Virus record (IMG/VR): IMGVR_UViG_3300032038_000063
Location: 6,907 to 70,906 of that record
Length of the DNA stretch: 64,000 bases
DNA from: a virus
Lineage: Duplodnaviria > Caudoviricetes
Strand: one strand, 5' to 3'
Of this stretch, positions 54,027 to 62,627 are shown piece after piece. Within the stretch, counting starts at the first letter, position 1. Every line of letters begins with the position of its first letter. The translations under genes were made by a program, and so were the position numbers. The notes under the pieces are model-generated. The model did not search any database and was not told the DNA's origin. It saw only the letters and a program-made list of their open reading frames with translations.

Positions 54027-54350
54027 ATGATATCAGTGAACAGACGAACCCTATACGGGGAGGTATTCAACGACGTGAGGTGCCTCTCAAGCGACGAGAA
54101 GCCCACAGAGGGCATAAAGAACGGCTCGACGCTCATTGAGATAGACACGGGAAAAAGGTACCTCTACGACGCTCTCAGCGGCTCGTGGAACGAGTTCTCG
54201 CAAGGCGGAGGCGGCGAGTACGTGCTCCCCACCATGTCCCCCACGACCAAGGGCGGTGCCAAGCTCGGTAGCGGGCTTAGCATCACGGGTGACGTATTAT
54301 CAGTTGACACGATAACCGTGTCACAGGTTCATCAGATTACGGGGGTATAG
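54027..54350 (+). CDS. Small tail-region protein, tandem copy 2 with C-terminal extension
   Basis: Near-identical N-terminus to copy 1; YVLP..S.TTKGG.KLG.GL.I tail-fibre motif. Confidence 0.7.
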   Translation: MISVNRRTLYGEVFNDVRCLSSDEKPTEGIKNGSTLIEIDTGKRYLYDALSGSWNEFSQGGGGEYVLPTMSPTTKGGAKLGSGLSITGDVLSVDTITVSQVHQITGV

Positions 54351-54352
54351 AC

Positions 54353-56443
54353 ATGGCATACTTGGATGAAGCGGGCCTTGAGGCCCTTTGGGGAGACGTA
54401 GAGGAGCTTGTAGACGGCGTTACCATAAGCGATGGTGGAGTCACCACTGCCAAGCTTGCCGACGGAGCCGTGACGGATGAGAAGCTTGCGCAGAGTGGTG
54501 GGGTGCTGGAAAGGGTCGATGATTTAAAGAATGCAACAAGCGAAGTTATTGATTACGTCACAGAGTATAGGGAAATAGAATTAACTATAGAAAATGGTTA
54601 TTATACTACTACGGCCCATGCAGTTACGTTTCACGAAGATAACAGTAGACAATCAGCTATTGTTAATGTAAATGCTGGAGAGAATTATAAAATTTCATGC
54701 TCTCAAAGCTCACCATTTATTCATGGCATAATTGAATTAGCTGACGATTACGTTACGAATGAATTGTTGCAAGGTAAAGGGAGCTTTGTTGATTATGTTG
54801 ATTATGAATTTATAATCCCAAATAACTGTAACAAAATTATTATTTGCTCCGCTTATCCCAATAGAGTACAACTAAAGTTGAAAAAGTACGGGACTTATTA
54901 TGAAAGCAAGGTATATACTAAAGATGAGGTATATACTAAAAATGATGTATATACTAAAAGCGAAGTATATAATAAAAATGAAATAGATGAAATCAGTATC
55001 ACAAGTGCTTCTATTAAAAAATATGGTATAAAATGGTCAACCACAGATGCAAATGATGAAGGTAGCAGATGTTTTGATGCTGTTGGTCTTTCTGCTACGA
55101 TTGGAGTCGGAAGTACAAACGGTTCATCTGATTTTGACAATATTTATCCATGGTCTGGTATCAAAAGATGTAATATTAAGATTAACGCAAACGGGGCAAA
55201 AATAGTTACTTATGAAGGAGAATCTGGATTTGCCCTTGACGGAACAAATGGTGATGTGTTTGTCAAAATTCCCAGATTTTGTGTTGAAAGATACATTGAT
55301 AATGGATATGAATATCGTGTGATTTCTGCCAATGATGGACAAATTCATGAAGCATTTGTTGAAGATGGAAAGATACTAGACGATATTTTTGTTGGTGCTT
55401 TTGAAGCTTATTCTGATGGCTCAAAATTACATTCCATTAGTGGCGTGATTCCAACAAGCAACCTTGTCGCTTCGGATTTCTTGACATTGGCAACAGCAAA
55501 CGGTGACGGCTATACCCTGTATGACATGCGCACGTCAGAGGCAATATGGCTGCTAATGGCAATAGAATATGGTAAACGAAATAGCAATAGAATACTTGGA
55601 TATGGGTTTTCGGACTTTTGCCAACCTGATTCAAACGCCAATTTGCTGATTAGAGAAGCGGCAACAAATACAAATATAGTAAAAGTCAATGAAACCGCTA
55701 TTGTACGTGAATTGATGCCAATAGGCAGCAATATAACTATCTGTGATGGCACACAGCAAAATATCATTGCTCAACGTACTATCACTGCAATAAACGAAGC
55801 AGGCGGTACATATGCAGAATTTACATTCGATGGTGAGCCAATAGATGTTACTCTTGACTGCTTCATTGGTTCTGCCGGGTGTACTACTAATTTCTGTCAA
55901 TCTGTTTCAAATGGAGCTTTATCATGGCATACTGGAAGAACTACTTGGCAAACTGGTAACGGAACATATACAAGAAATCCTATACGATATAGATGGATTG
56001 AAAATATATTCGGAAGTATTTGGGCGTTTTTCCCAGATGTGACCTTTGATAATTTGCAAATGTATGTTTGTAAGAGCATTAAAAAATATCAGTTTTTTAA
56101 GCACGATGGAACAGACTATGTTCCCATTGGAATGACTTATATGGAAAATGCTGTTAATGGAGTAAAAGGTGATGTTGCAAATTCCAATTATTGGGTTACA
56201 AAGTTATCCAATGAGACTTTCGCAAAATTTAATGATTTCGGGAGAGCCTATGACAAATCGTTGACTTCTACAAAAGCATTCGGAGCATACTATTACCTTT
56301 ATACTGGCACTGTATGTATTGCAAATGGTGGTGGCTTTGACCATCTTTATAGAAGCAATATACTCACTAATAGAGGATGGATAAGAACGCAGTCAAGATG
56401 GTACTTATATGGAGCACGATTGATGTATAAGAATTTGACATGA
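54353..56443 (+). CDS. Putative receptor-binding/tail fibre protein with C-terminal FGE/C-type-lectin-like domain
   Basis: DG.VTT.KLADGAVT anchor; YVKIPRF-like motif, FVGAFEA, RY..IEN.FG.IW, terminal GARL; AT-rich body. Confidence 0.7.
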   Translation: MAYLDEAGLEALWGDVEELVDGVTISDGGVTTAKLADGAVTDEKLAQSGGVLERVDDLKNATSEVIDYVTEYREIELTIENGYYTTTAHAVTFHEDNSRQSAIVNVNAGENYKISCSQSSPFIHGIIELADDYVTNELLQGKGSFVDYVDYEFIIPNNCNKIIICSAYPNRVQLKLKKYGTYYESKVYTKDEVYTKNDVYTKSEVYNKNEIDEISITSASIKKYGIKWSTTDANDEGSRCFDAVGLSATIGVGSTNGSSDFDNIYPWSGIKRCNIKINANGAKIVTYEGESGFALDGTNGDVFVKIPRFCVERYIDNGYEYRVISANDGQIHEAFVEDGKILDDIFVGAFEAYSDGSKLHSISGVIPTSNLVASDFLTLATANGDGYTLYDMRTSEAIWLLMAIEYGKRNSNRILGYGFSDFCQPDSNANLLIREAATNTNIVKVNETAIVRELMPIGSNITICDGTQQNIIAQRTITAINEAGGTYAEFTFDGEPIDVTLDCFIGSAGCTTNFCQSVSNGALSWHTGRTTWQTGNGTYTRNPIRYRWIENIFGSIWAFFPDVTFDNLQMYVCKSIKKYQFFKHDGTDYVPIGMTYMENAVNGVKGDVANSNYWVTKLSNETFAKFNDFGRAYDKSLTSTKAFGAYYYLYTGTVCIANGGGFDHLYRSNILTNRGWIRTQSRWYLYGARLMYKNLT
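54911..54982 (+). repeat. 4 x 18-bp tandem repeat encoding VYTKxx
   Basis: GTATATACTAAA-N6 x3, then GTATATAATAAA. Confidence 0.85.
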
Positions 56444-56493
56444 CAATGACTCATAGGACACTTTAAGTAACAAGACGGCTTGCGGTATTCACC

Positions 56494-56522
56494 AGCCCAT
56501 CCCACGGCGGGGTGGGCTTTTT
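56494..56522 (+). terminator. Intrinsic terminator
   Basis: AGCCCATCCC-acggc-GGGGTGGGCT-TTTT. Confidence 0.8.
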
Positions 56523-56536
56523 CGTAAGGAGGATTG

Positions 56537-56752
56537 ACCATGATTGACGAAAGCAGAATCAACAACCGCTTCACCTATCATCCACCAAAGGACGGCCAAC
56601 CAGAGCGTTACGTGAAGATACGCGAGAAGGCAAAGGAGCTTGCCTTGCTAATCGAATCCGATTGTCCTCTCAGCAGAGAGCGCACAATCGCAATCAACAA
56701 GATTGATGAAGCCGTGATGTGGGCGAACGCATCCATAGCCCGCAACGAGTAG
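56537..56752 (+). CDS. Acb2/Tad1-like helical-hairpin protein (candidate immune-signal sponge)
   Basis: NRFTYHPP..GQ.ERY..IR.KAKELA..I...CP.SRE...AI.KIDEAVMWANASIAR. Confidence 0.6.
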   Translation, partial: TMIDESRINNRFTYHPPKDGQPERYVKIREKAKELALLIESDCPLSRERTIAINKIDEAVMWANASIARNE

Positions 56753-56827
56753 ACAGCTAGCCGCCCACCTTGTAAGACCGCGCATGGTGGGCGGCTTATT
56801 TGTCACGTGGTCAGAAGGGAGAAGTAA

Positions 56828-56905
56828 GTGGATGCTATAGGCTACCTACTCACCGGATTGGTGGTTGGCTCGCTTGTGGGGTTTGTATTAGCTGAATTAC
56901 TTTAG
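56828..56905 (+). CDS. 25-aa hydrophobic peptide upstream of the holin
   Basis: GGGAG RBS, GTG start, MDAIGYLLTGLVVGSLVGFVLAELL. Confidence 0.35.
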   Translation: MDAIGYLLTGLVVGSLVGFVLAELL

Positions 56906-57045
56906 GAATGATACCCATTGCTTGTCGTAGCGAATGTGTCAGTTGTGAAATATTCCTACACGTTCATCGAATTTATTTGAATCGATTCTTGACAACGCTC
57001 CGGCGAAACGCTTTACTGAAGTCAACCAATCGCAAGGAGCAGTGT

Positions 57046-57456
57046 ATGCCCGCTTATCTAGATGTTTTCATTTCGCCGATACGAGACAACAGCTTTGCGC
57101 AGATTCTTCTCGTTGCGCTTATGTTCGGCATCGTAGGGGATATCGTCTCAGGCTTCATCGGCGCAGCTGTGAACAACGACATAAACTCGTCTAAGATGCG
57201 AAAAGGCATCTGGCATAAGTTGGCCGAGATAATGTTCGTGTTCGTTGCGGACGTTATCGACGGCCTTCTTCTTGGCGGGCTTCAGATAGGTATGCAGCCA
57301 GTGCTCGTAGGGACGTTGCTTTTCCTAGTGTTCATGGAATTGTTCTCAATACTCGAAAACCTCGTGAAGGCATCGCCCGACCTTGCCAAGGTGCCCATAT
57401 TCAGCAAGCTCTCGCAGGCTGTGAAAGAGATGGAAGAAGACAAGAATGAGCAATAG
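57046..57456 (+). CDS. Holin (toxin secretion/phage lysis holin family)
   Basis: D..SG..GA....INSSKMRKGI.HK, E..SILENL; three TM segments; AAGGAG RBS. Confidence 0.85.
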   Translation: MPAYLDVFISPIRDNSFAQILLVALMFGIVGDIVSGFIGAAVNNDINSSKMRKGIWHKLAEIMFVFVADVIDGLLLGGLQIGMQPVLVGTLLFLVFMELFSILENLVKASPDLAKVPIFSKLSQAVKEMEEDKNEQ

Positions 57457-58723
57457 CCCGCTTGTTTCGGACGTGATATTGAGTCCCAACACCTACGGAG
57501 CGAGAAAACAGCCGATACTCGGCGCGGCCATCCACTACATGTGCTGGTACTGCACGGCGGAGACGTGTGCGGAGTCGTTCGTTCCGGTGTCCAGACATGC
57601 AAGCGCCAACTACATGGTGGGGAAGTACGGCGATATCGTACTTGGAGTCCCAGAAGACGAGGCGGCAGGTACGACTTCGAGCGAATATTGCGACCAGAGA
57701 TGCATCACCATCGAGTGCGCGAACTACATGGAAGACGCGGACGGTCACATGTATGGACAGCTCCCAGACGCCACGTGGGAATCGCTCGTAGCGCTTTTGG
57801 CCGACATATGCAGGCGCAACGGCAAGACGCGGGCAGTCTATAACGGCAGAGCGGACTTCGACACTGTGAGGCCTGAAGAATTGATTCTCGTCAAGCACAA
57901 GTGGTTTGGAAGCACCGACTGCCCCGGCCCTTGGCTGGATTTGCAATTTGATAGACTTGCCGATGAGGTAAATGAACGTCTTGGAGCTACCGAGCCAGAA
58001 GAGCTGCATGGATGGGTCACGAACATCGACGAGTGCAGGGACGCATCGGATTATGCCTACTGCACATGTGCGGTCTACTCTTGTGGTTACTCGCAGGAAG
58101 ACCGCAAGGACATAAGCATCGAGCGCTTGAAGAACGGCACGGCGGAGACGGACTGCTCCGCTGGCGTGTCTTGGTGGCTCTACAAGGGCGGACTACTTGA
58201 CGAGAACCCTTGGTTCTATACGGCGATTGAGATTGACTACCTCACCGAGCACGGCTTCACGCTTCTCAAGGCCACGGAAGTGACGCCAAAAAGAAATGAC
58301 GTTCTTTGGAGAAGCGGCCATACTGCCATCTACATCGGTGATGGTATGCAAGCCGAGGCGCTTTGGAGCGAGAATCATACCATTGACGGCGAGGCGGGAG
58401 ACCAGACGGGCGGCGAGACGCTTGTAAGAGAGTACCCCGCAGGTGGGTGGACTTACATTCTCAGGCCACCAGCACACGAAAAGGAAGAGGATACGGAGGA
58501 CGAAATGGTTTGCGTATTCAGACCCAACAACGACGAGTCACAGCCGTTGTGCTACTACGACGGCGTAATCGTCCATCCATTGGAGTCTCAGGCCAAGTAC
58601 GACGCGGTCAATGAGATGTACCAAAAGCTCCATGGAGGGAAGAGCATCCCGACAATCTCGCTTGGCGAGAAGACCGCGCCTTACGGCACGGAGTTCATCC
58701 AAGTGACTCAGACCAAGTGGTAA
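57446..58723 (+). CDS. Endolysin: N-acetylmuramoyl-L-alanine amidase + NlpC/P60-like peptidase
   Basis: IHYM..ASANY..IEC..HKWF.STDCPG; TDCSAGV..DVLWRSGHTAIYIGDG. Confidence 0.88.
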   Translation: MSNSPLVSDVILSPNTYGARKQPILGAAIHYMCWYCTAETCAESFVPVSRHASANYMVGKYGDIVLGVPEDEAAGTTSSEYCDQRCITIECANYMEDADGHMYGQLPDATWESLVALLADICRRNGKTRAVYNGRADFDTVRPEELILVKHKWFGSTDCPGPWLDLQFDRLADEVNERLGATEPEELHGWVTNIDECRDASDYAYCTCAVYSCGYSQEDRKDISIERLKNGTAETDCSAGVSWWLYKGGLLDENPWFYTAIEIDYLTEHGFTLLKATEVTPKRNDVLWRSGHTAIYIGDGMQAEALWSENHTIDGEAGDQTGGETLVREYPAGGWTYILRPPAHEKEEDTEDEMVCVFRPNNDESQPLCYYDGVIVHPLESQAKYDAVNEMYQKLHGGKSIPTISLGEKTAPYGTEFIQVTQTKW

Positions 58724-58971
58724 CCCATGCCGTACAATCCAACTTGGGTAAACCCATACATGCAACAGCAGCGTGGTGCAGCCTGCCCAGTACGAGTCGA
58801 TAATGGCGAAGATAAGGGCCCTGGGAGGAAAATAGTCTCTTTACATCGACGTTCCAATCTACTATAATCTTAGGCAGACCCTCGGCGCACTCCTTTCCGT
58901 CGCAGTGTCTTTCCTTTGCTTGCCCCCGCCGCCCATATATGCGACGGGGTGCTTCTTTTTTAGATTCATAC

Positions 58972-59000
58972 TTTACAAATTAAATACTTTCCTATATACT
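58972..59000 (+). promoter_or_regulatory. Promoter P12
   Basis: TTTACA-N17-TATACT. Confidence 0.8.
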
Positions 59001-59035
59001 ATATATATAGGATGTAAATTTCGGAAGGAGCATTT

Positions 59036-59224
59036 ATGAGAAACGTACCTCTGGTTAGGGTAGAGAGGCCAAAGTCGTATTACAGCAGGGAGCGCAGGAC
59101 AAGACCACATAGGCCGAAGATTGAGGTGACTCCGATTGAGGCGCTGGCGCCATACGCATTCGTCGCGTACCTGATACTCATGCTTGCATCGATTCTGGTG
59201 CCTGCCATGGCGTTCCTGCCATAG
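59036..59224 (+). CDS. Small membrane protein
   Basis: AAGGAG RBS; C-terminal hydrophobic helix. Confidence 0.6.
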   Translation: MRNVPLVRVERPKSYYSRERRTRPHRPKIEVTPIEALAPYAFVAYLILMLASILVPAMAFLP

Positions 59225-59301
59225 CGAGTACAAGGGGACCAAGCGGACTGTTGTCACCAGAGCACAGGTTAAGTCGATATCTGAGGCGTAAACATCAATT
59301 C

Positions 59302-59329
59302 GGGGAGTCGAAAGGCTCCCCAACTTTTT
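59302..59329 (+). terminator. Intrinsic terminator
   Basis: GGGGAG-tcgaaagg-CTCCCC-aac-TTTTT. Confidence 0.75.
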
Positions 59330-59355
59330 AAAATCCCCCTTTTTTAAAAAATACC

Positions 59356-59384
59356 TTTACACAAAGAGATTTATAATGTATAAT
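59356..59384 (+). promoter_or_regulatory. Promoter P13
   Basis: TTTACA-N17-TATAAT. Confidence 0.85.
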
Positions 59385-59414
59385 GTAATAACAAACAAAG
59401 GAAAGGAGCCTGCA

Positions 59415-59951
59415 ATGACCATCACCGAGTTCAAGTTCTTCAAGCCCATGAGGGGACGCACCATCTTCTCAACTCCTATTGAGGAGATTAAGAGGCAGTA
59501 TCGCAAGCTTGCAATCAAGCACCATCCAGACATGGGTGGCAAGCTTGAGGACATGCAGCGAGTGAACGCAGAGTTCGACGCACTCAAGAAGCGCGTGTAC
59601 AACATCCACGAGAGCCAGAGCGGTGAAGTGTACACCGACCAGACTCAGGAAGCGCCAGATGATGTTACCGAGCGCTTCAAGGACATCATCGAAAAGCTCA
59701 TCCACATGGAGGGGCTTGAGATTGAGATTTGCGGCTCCTTCCTCTGGGTCGGTGGCAACACCAAGCCCAACAAGGACGAACTCAAGGGCATGGGATTCCG
59801 CTGGGCCTCAAAGAAGAAGCGCTGGTTCCTCGCACCGCATGGATGGAGGAAGAAGGGTCGCAGGGAGCTGACCATGGGAGAGATTAGGGAAAGTTACGGT
59901 TCACAGAGAATACAGTACAAGCATGCTGCTGGAAGGGCGCTCAATGCCTAA
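59415..59951 (+). CDS. J-domain (DnaJ-like) protein
   Basis: IKRQYRKLAIKHHPDMGG..EDMQRVNAEF; C-terminal LK.MGFRW..KKKRW domain. Confidence 0.85.
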   Translation: MTITEFKFFKPMRGRTIFSTPIEEIKRQYRKLAIKHHPDMGGKLEDMQRVNAEFDALKKRVYNIHESQSGEVYTDQTQEAPDDVTERFKDIIEKLIHMEGLEIEICGSFLWVGGNTKPNKDELKGMGFRWASKKKRWFLAPHGWRKKGRRELTMGEIRESYGSQRIQYKHAAGRALNA

Positions 59952-60132
59952 TAAAACACCCGCCGTGTTTCGCATCGCTGAGAGGCGTGGCGGGTTCGCT
60001 TGAGAGTGAAAGGCACTTCCGTAGCCTTGGCTGTGGGTAAACAAGCCGTCTGGTGTCTACAAGGCGTGCCTTCGCTGGAAGAATATCACATCGGTAACAA
60101 ATTGCAAGGAGTTTTTTAGAAAGGAGCCTGTC

Positions 60133-60399
60133 ATGGCAATAGGATTCGAGGTTACCGTACAGAACTCTCACAAGGAGGGCTTCTGGTTTCCCCACGACGA
60201 GTGGGAGTCAAGGACAATAAAAGCTGCGACGCTGTCCGAGGCAGTATGCGCGGCAATGCCCCTCGTTGGCGAGAACGACGATGTGATTGTCAGCATCGTC
60301 ACGTTCGACCCAGCCACACCGCACTGGACAACCACGCAGGTCGTATACGACTTCCTCCACGGGAAGATGAGCCACAGGGCAAAGAAGTACCAGCTCTAA
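60133..60399 (+). CDS. Hypothetical protein
   Basis: AAGGAG RBS. Confidence 0.6.
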   Translation: MAIGFEVTVQNSHKEGFWFPHDEWESRTIKAATLSEAVCAAMPLVGENDDVIVSIVTFDPATPHWTTTQVVYDFLHGKMSHRAKKYQL

Positions 60400-60409
60400 A
60401 ACATAACTC

Positions 60410-60438
60410 TTTACAAGAGACTGTATATAATGTATAAT
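60410..60438 (+). promoter_or_regulatory. Promoter P14
   Basis: TTTACA-N17-TATAAT. Confidence 0.8.
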
Positions 60439-60549
60439 TTAGTAAAGCGAACGGGCTAAACAGATTTAGGGGGAAAGGATGACGATATTCACGGTGGGCT
60501 GCGTTGTCGTGATTATGGTTGTGGCGGCATATGCGGGAAGGACTTTCAG

Positions 60550-60735
60550 ATGAGCGAAATTGCGGAGAAGATAACGTCGATTGGCATACGCGAAGGGGAT
60601 GACCTGCATGTAGGCTCTCTCCGCAGGCTCGGAATCACGAGAGAGGACTTGGAGGAGGTGGCGATGGAAATCGGTGCAGAGGGGATAACTCAGATATCGG
60701 GAATCGACTATTACGTTCTGCGTGGAGTTTCATAA
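60550..60735 (+). CDS. Small hypothetical protein
   Basis: ORF downstream of P14. Confidence 0.45.
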   Translation: MSEIAEKITSIGIREGDDLHVGSLRRLGITREDLEEVAMEIGAEGITQISGIDYYVLRGVS

Positions 60736-60840
60736 TCGCATAAAACGGCTGTTCGGTTATTGATAGAATGAAGGCTGACGAGAAGGACTGGAACGGCGGC
60801 CTTCATTGACCTTCATTATTGATTCGAAAGGAGGTGAACG

Positions 60841-61128
60841 ATGAAAGTTACGGAAAAGGAAGTATACGACGAGGTACGCAGGTTCATCGACGAGAACGGG
60901 TACAGCCCGTCGATAAGAGACCTATGCCGTAAGTTCGGAGTATCGACGAGCACGATGCATAAAAGGGTCGATACGATGTGCTTCAGGCGAATGCTGAGCA
61001 GGAAGAGGGGCTTGTCTAGGTCGTTGGTTCCACTGCCAGAAAGCGAGTGGAAGAATGACGCTAGAGTTCTTCATACCAAGCAACCGGACGAACAAGGACG
61101 GTACGCCAGCTCCTCTGGACGGGATTAA
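60841..61128 (+). CDS. LexA N-terminal-like winged-helix DNA-binding protein
   Basis: RFIDENGYSPSIRDLC..FGVSTSTMH. Confidence 0.75.
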   Translation: MKVTEKEVYDEVRRFIDENGYSPSIRDLCRKFGVSTSTMHKRVDTMCFRRMLSRKRGLSRSLVPLPESEWKNDARVLHTKQPDEQGRYASSSGRD

Positions 61129-61486
61129 CGAGCTTGTGGCGGCTGAGAGGGCAAAGTATGGCCCATCGCTCAAGCGCAAGAACGGAAGGCATGCCGAGGC
61201 CGTCTGTCTAGAGGCAATGAGGTCACAGGGATGGACTTGTCCGAGATGCAAATGCGTCGTTGAGCTTACGTTCGTTGAGCCTCACGACAAGCGAGACCCA
61301 GATAACATACTTGGGGGTGCGAAGTTCATCCTTGACGGAATCATAAAGCCGAAGGGAAGGAAGAGCTACGGAGCCGGAGCGATAGAGGACGATTCGCAAA
61401 GGTGGATTGTTCTCAAGTACGGGGACATAGAGATAGACGAGGGGGCACCGGGTTGCAAGGTACGGATAAGCACGATAGAAGGTTGA
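61055..61486 (+). CDS. rusA: RusA-like Holliday junction resolvase
   Basis: RDPDNILGGAKFILDG...IEDDSQ..I. Confidence 0.75.
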   Translation: MTLEFFIPSNRTNKDGTPAPLDGINELVAAERAKYGPSLKRKNGRHAEAVCLEAMRSQGWTCPRCKCVVELTFVEPHDKRDPDNILGGAKFILDGIIKPKGRKSYGAGAIEDDSQRWIVLKYGDIEIDEGAPGCKVRISTIEG

Positions 61487-61537
61487 GAAGGAGAGACCTG
61501 TTGCAAGGGAAGAACAAGAGATACGGGAGGGATTCAG

Positions 61538-62071
61538 ATGGGGATTAGTTTCAGGGCGCTAAGGGCCGAAGAAGTTGAATGTAGAATCGGCCAAATAGCA
61601 AAAAACGGAAGCGGTCTATCTTTGCTGCTTTTTAAGACGGCAAGGACGGATATGGATATTCTTGATGAGACTGTAGGGCCTGACAACTGGCAATGCAAGT
61701 TCTATGAGCAGAAGGGCACGTTGTTCTGCTCGATAGGAATAAAGATAGAAAGGGGCAACGGTGAATTCGAGTGGGTATGGAAGGATGACGCGGGAAGCCC
61801 GTCGAACATAGAGGCGGTCAAGGGCGAGGCCAGCGACGCAAGGAAGAGAGCGGGATTTGCTTGGGGAATAGGCAGATGTCTCTATACCGTCCCACGGATA
61901 TACATTTATTCTGATAGATGTAACATCAAACAGTCAAATAACGGTAAATACCAATGTTACGATGAGTTCAGGTGTGAAAAAATAAGAATTCAAGACGGCA
62001 AGATTACTGGAATATCAATATTTAACGACACGACAAAGCACAGGGTTTTCGTCTGGACTACGGAAGAATAA
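61538..62071 (+). CDS. Sak/Rad52-like single-strand annealing protein
   Basis: LLLFKTAR.DM.ILDETVG..NW, KGEASDA.KRA...WGIGR.LY. Confidence 0.8.
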   Translation: MGISFRALRAEEVECRIGQIAKNGSGLSLLLFKTARTDMDILDETVGPDNWQCKFYEQKGTLFCSIGIKIERGNGEFEWVWKDDAGSPSNIEAVKGEASDARKRAGFAWGIGRCLYTVPRIYIYSDRCNIKQSNNGKYQCYDEFRCEKIRIQDGKITGISIFNDTTKHRVFVWTTEE

Positions 62072-62074
62072 CAA

Positions 62075-62563
62075 ATGGAAGTATGGAAGACTATCCCATC
62101 GTTGCCAAACTATGAGGCCTCCACGAGCGGTAGAGTACGGCACAAGGGCAAAGAACCGAGAAAACTGCAAGTAAACAAACGTAACGGCTACGTGTATATC
62201 CCTGTCAGAAAGGATATGAAGTTCCAAAGTTTAAGGGTACACAGACTTATAGCAGAAGCGTTTATACCTAACCCCGAAAACAGACCTCACGTAAACCATA
62301 TCGACGGCAACAAGCAAAACAACAGCGTCGAAAACTTAGAATGGTGCACGCAATCAGAGAACGAACTCCACAAATGCAGGGTTTTGGGAAAGAAAAATGA
62401 ACCGCCACACATATTAAAGCCAGTCATTGACTTAGACACTGGAATTGTATACGAGTCGATAAAAGCGGCTGCACAGGAAACGGGAATAGACCATAGAAAG
62501 ATAGGAGAGATAGCTGCTGGAAAGAGGAAGACATGCCACGGGAAGAGATTTTCATGGGCATAG
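62075..62563 (+). CDS. NUMOD4-HNH homing endonuclease
   Basis: EVWKTIP..PNYEAS..GRVR, VHRLIAEAFIPNP, VNHIDGNKQNN..NLEW. Confidence 0.92.
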   Translation: MEVWKTIPSLPNYEASTSGRVRHKGKEPRKLQVNKRNGYVYIPVRKDMKFQSLRVHRLIAEAFIPNPENRPHVNHIDGNKQNNSVENLEWCTQSENELHKCRVLGKKNEPPHILKPVIDLDTGIVYESIKAAAQETGIDHRKIGEIAAGKRKTCHGKRFSWA

Positions 62564-62627
62564 ATACGACTTGCCGAGTGACTGCGATAGGACAGCTCAG
62601 AACATGGGCCGAGAAGGGATAGGGAGA

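Noticed and set aside
54353-56500. Diversity-generating retroelement
   Set aside because: The target-like fold is present, but I found no reverse transcriptase, no template repeat differing at adenines and no second copy of the 3' region in this window.
58727-58867. Short ORF MPYNPTWVNPYMQQQ... after the endolysin
   Set aside because: It may be a deletion remnant, but it has no RBS and too little evidence to call.
436-60438. Repeated promoter/leader motifs as a CRISPR array
   Set aside because: Copies are kilobases apart, degenerate and separated by genes, not by 30-40-bp spacers. No cas operon is present, and the Cas4-like gene at 7885 fits a phage recombination exonuclease.
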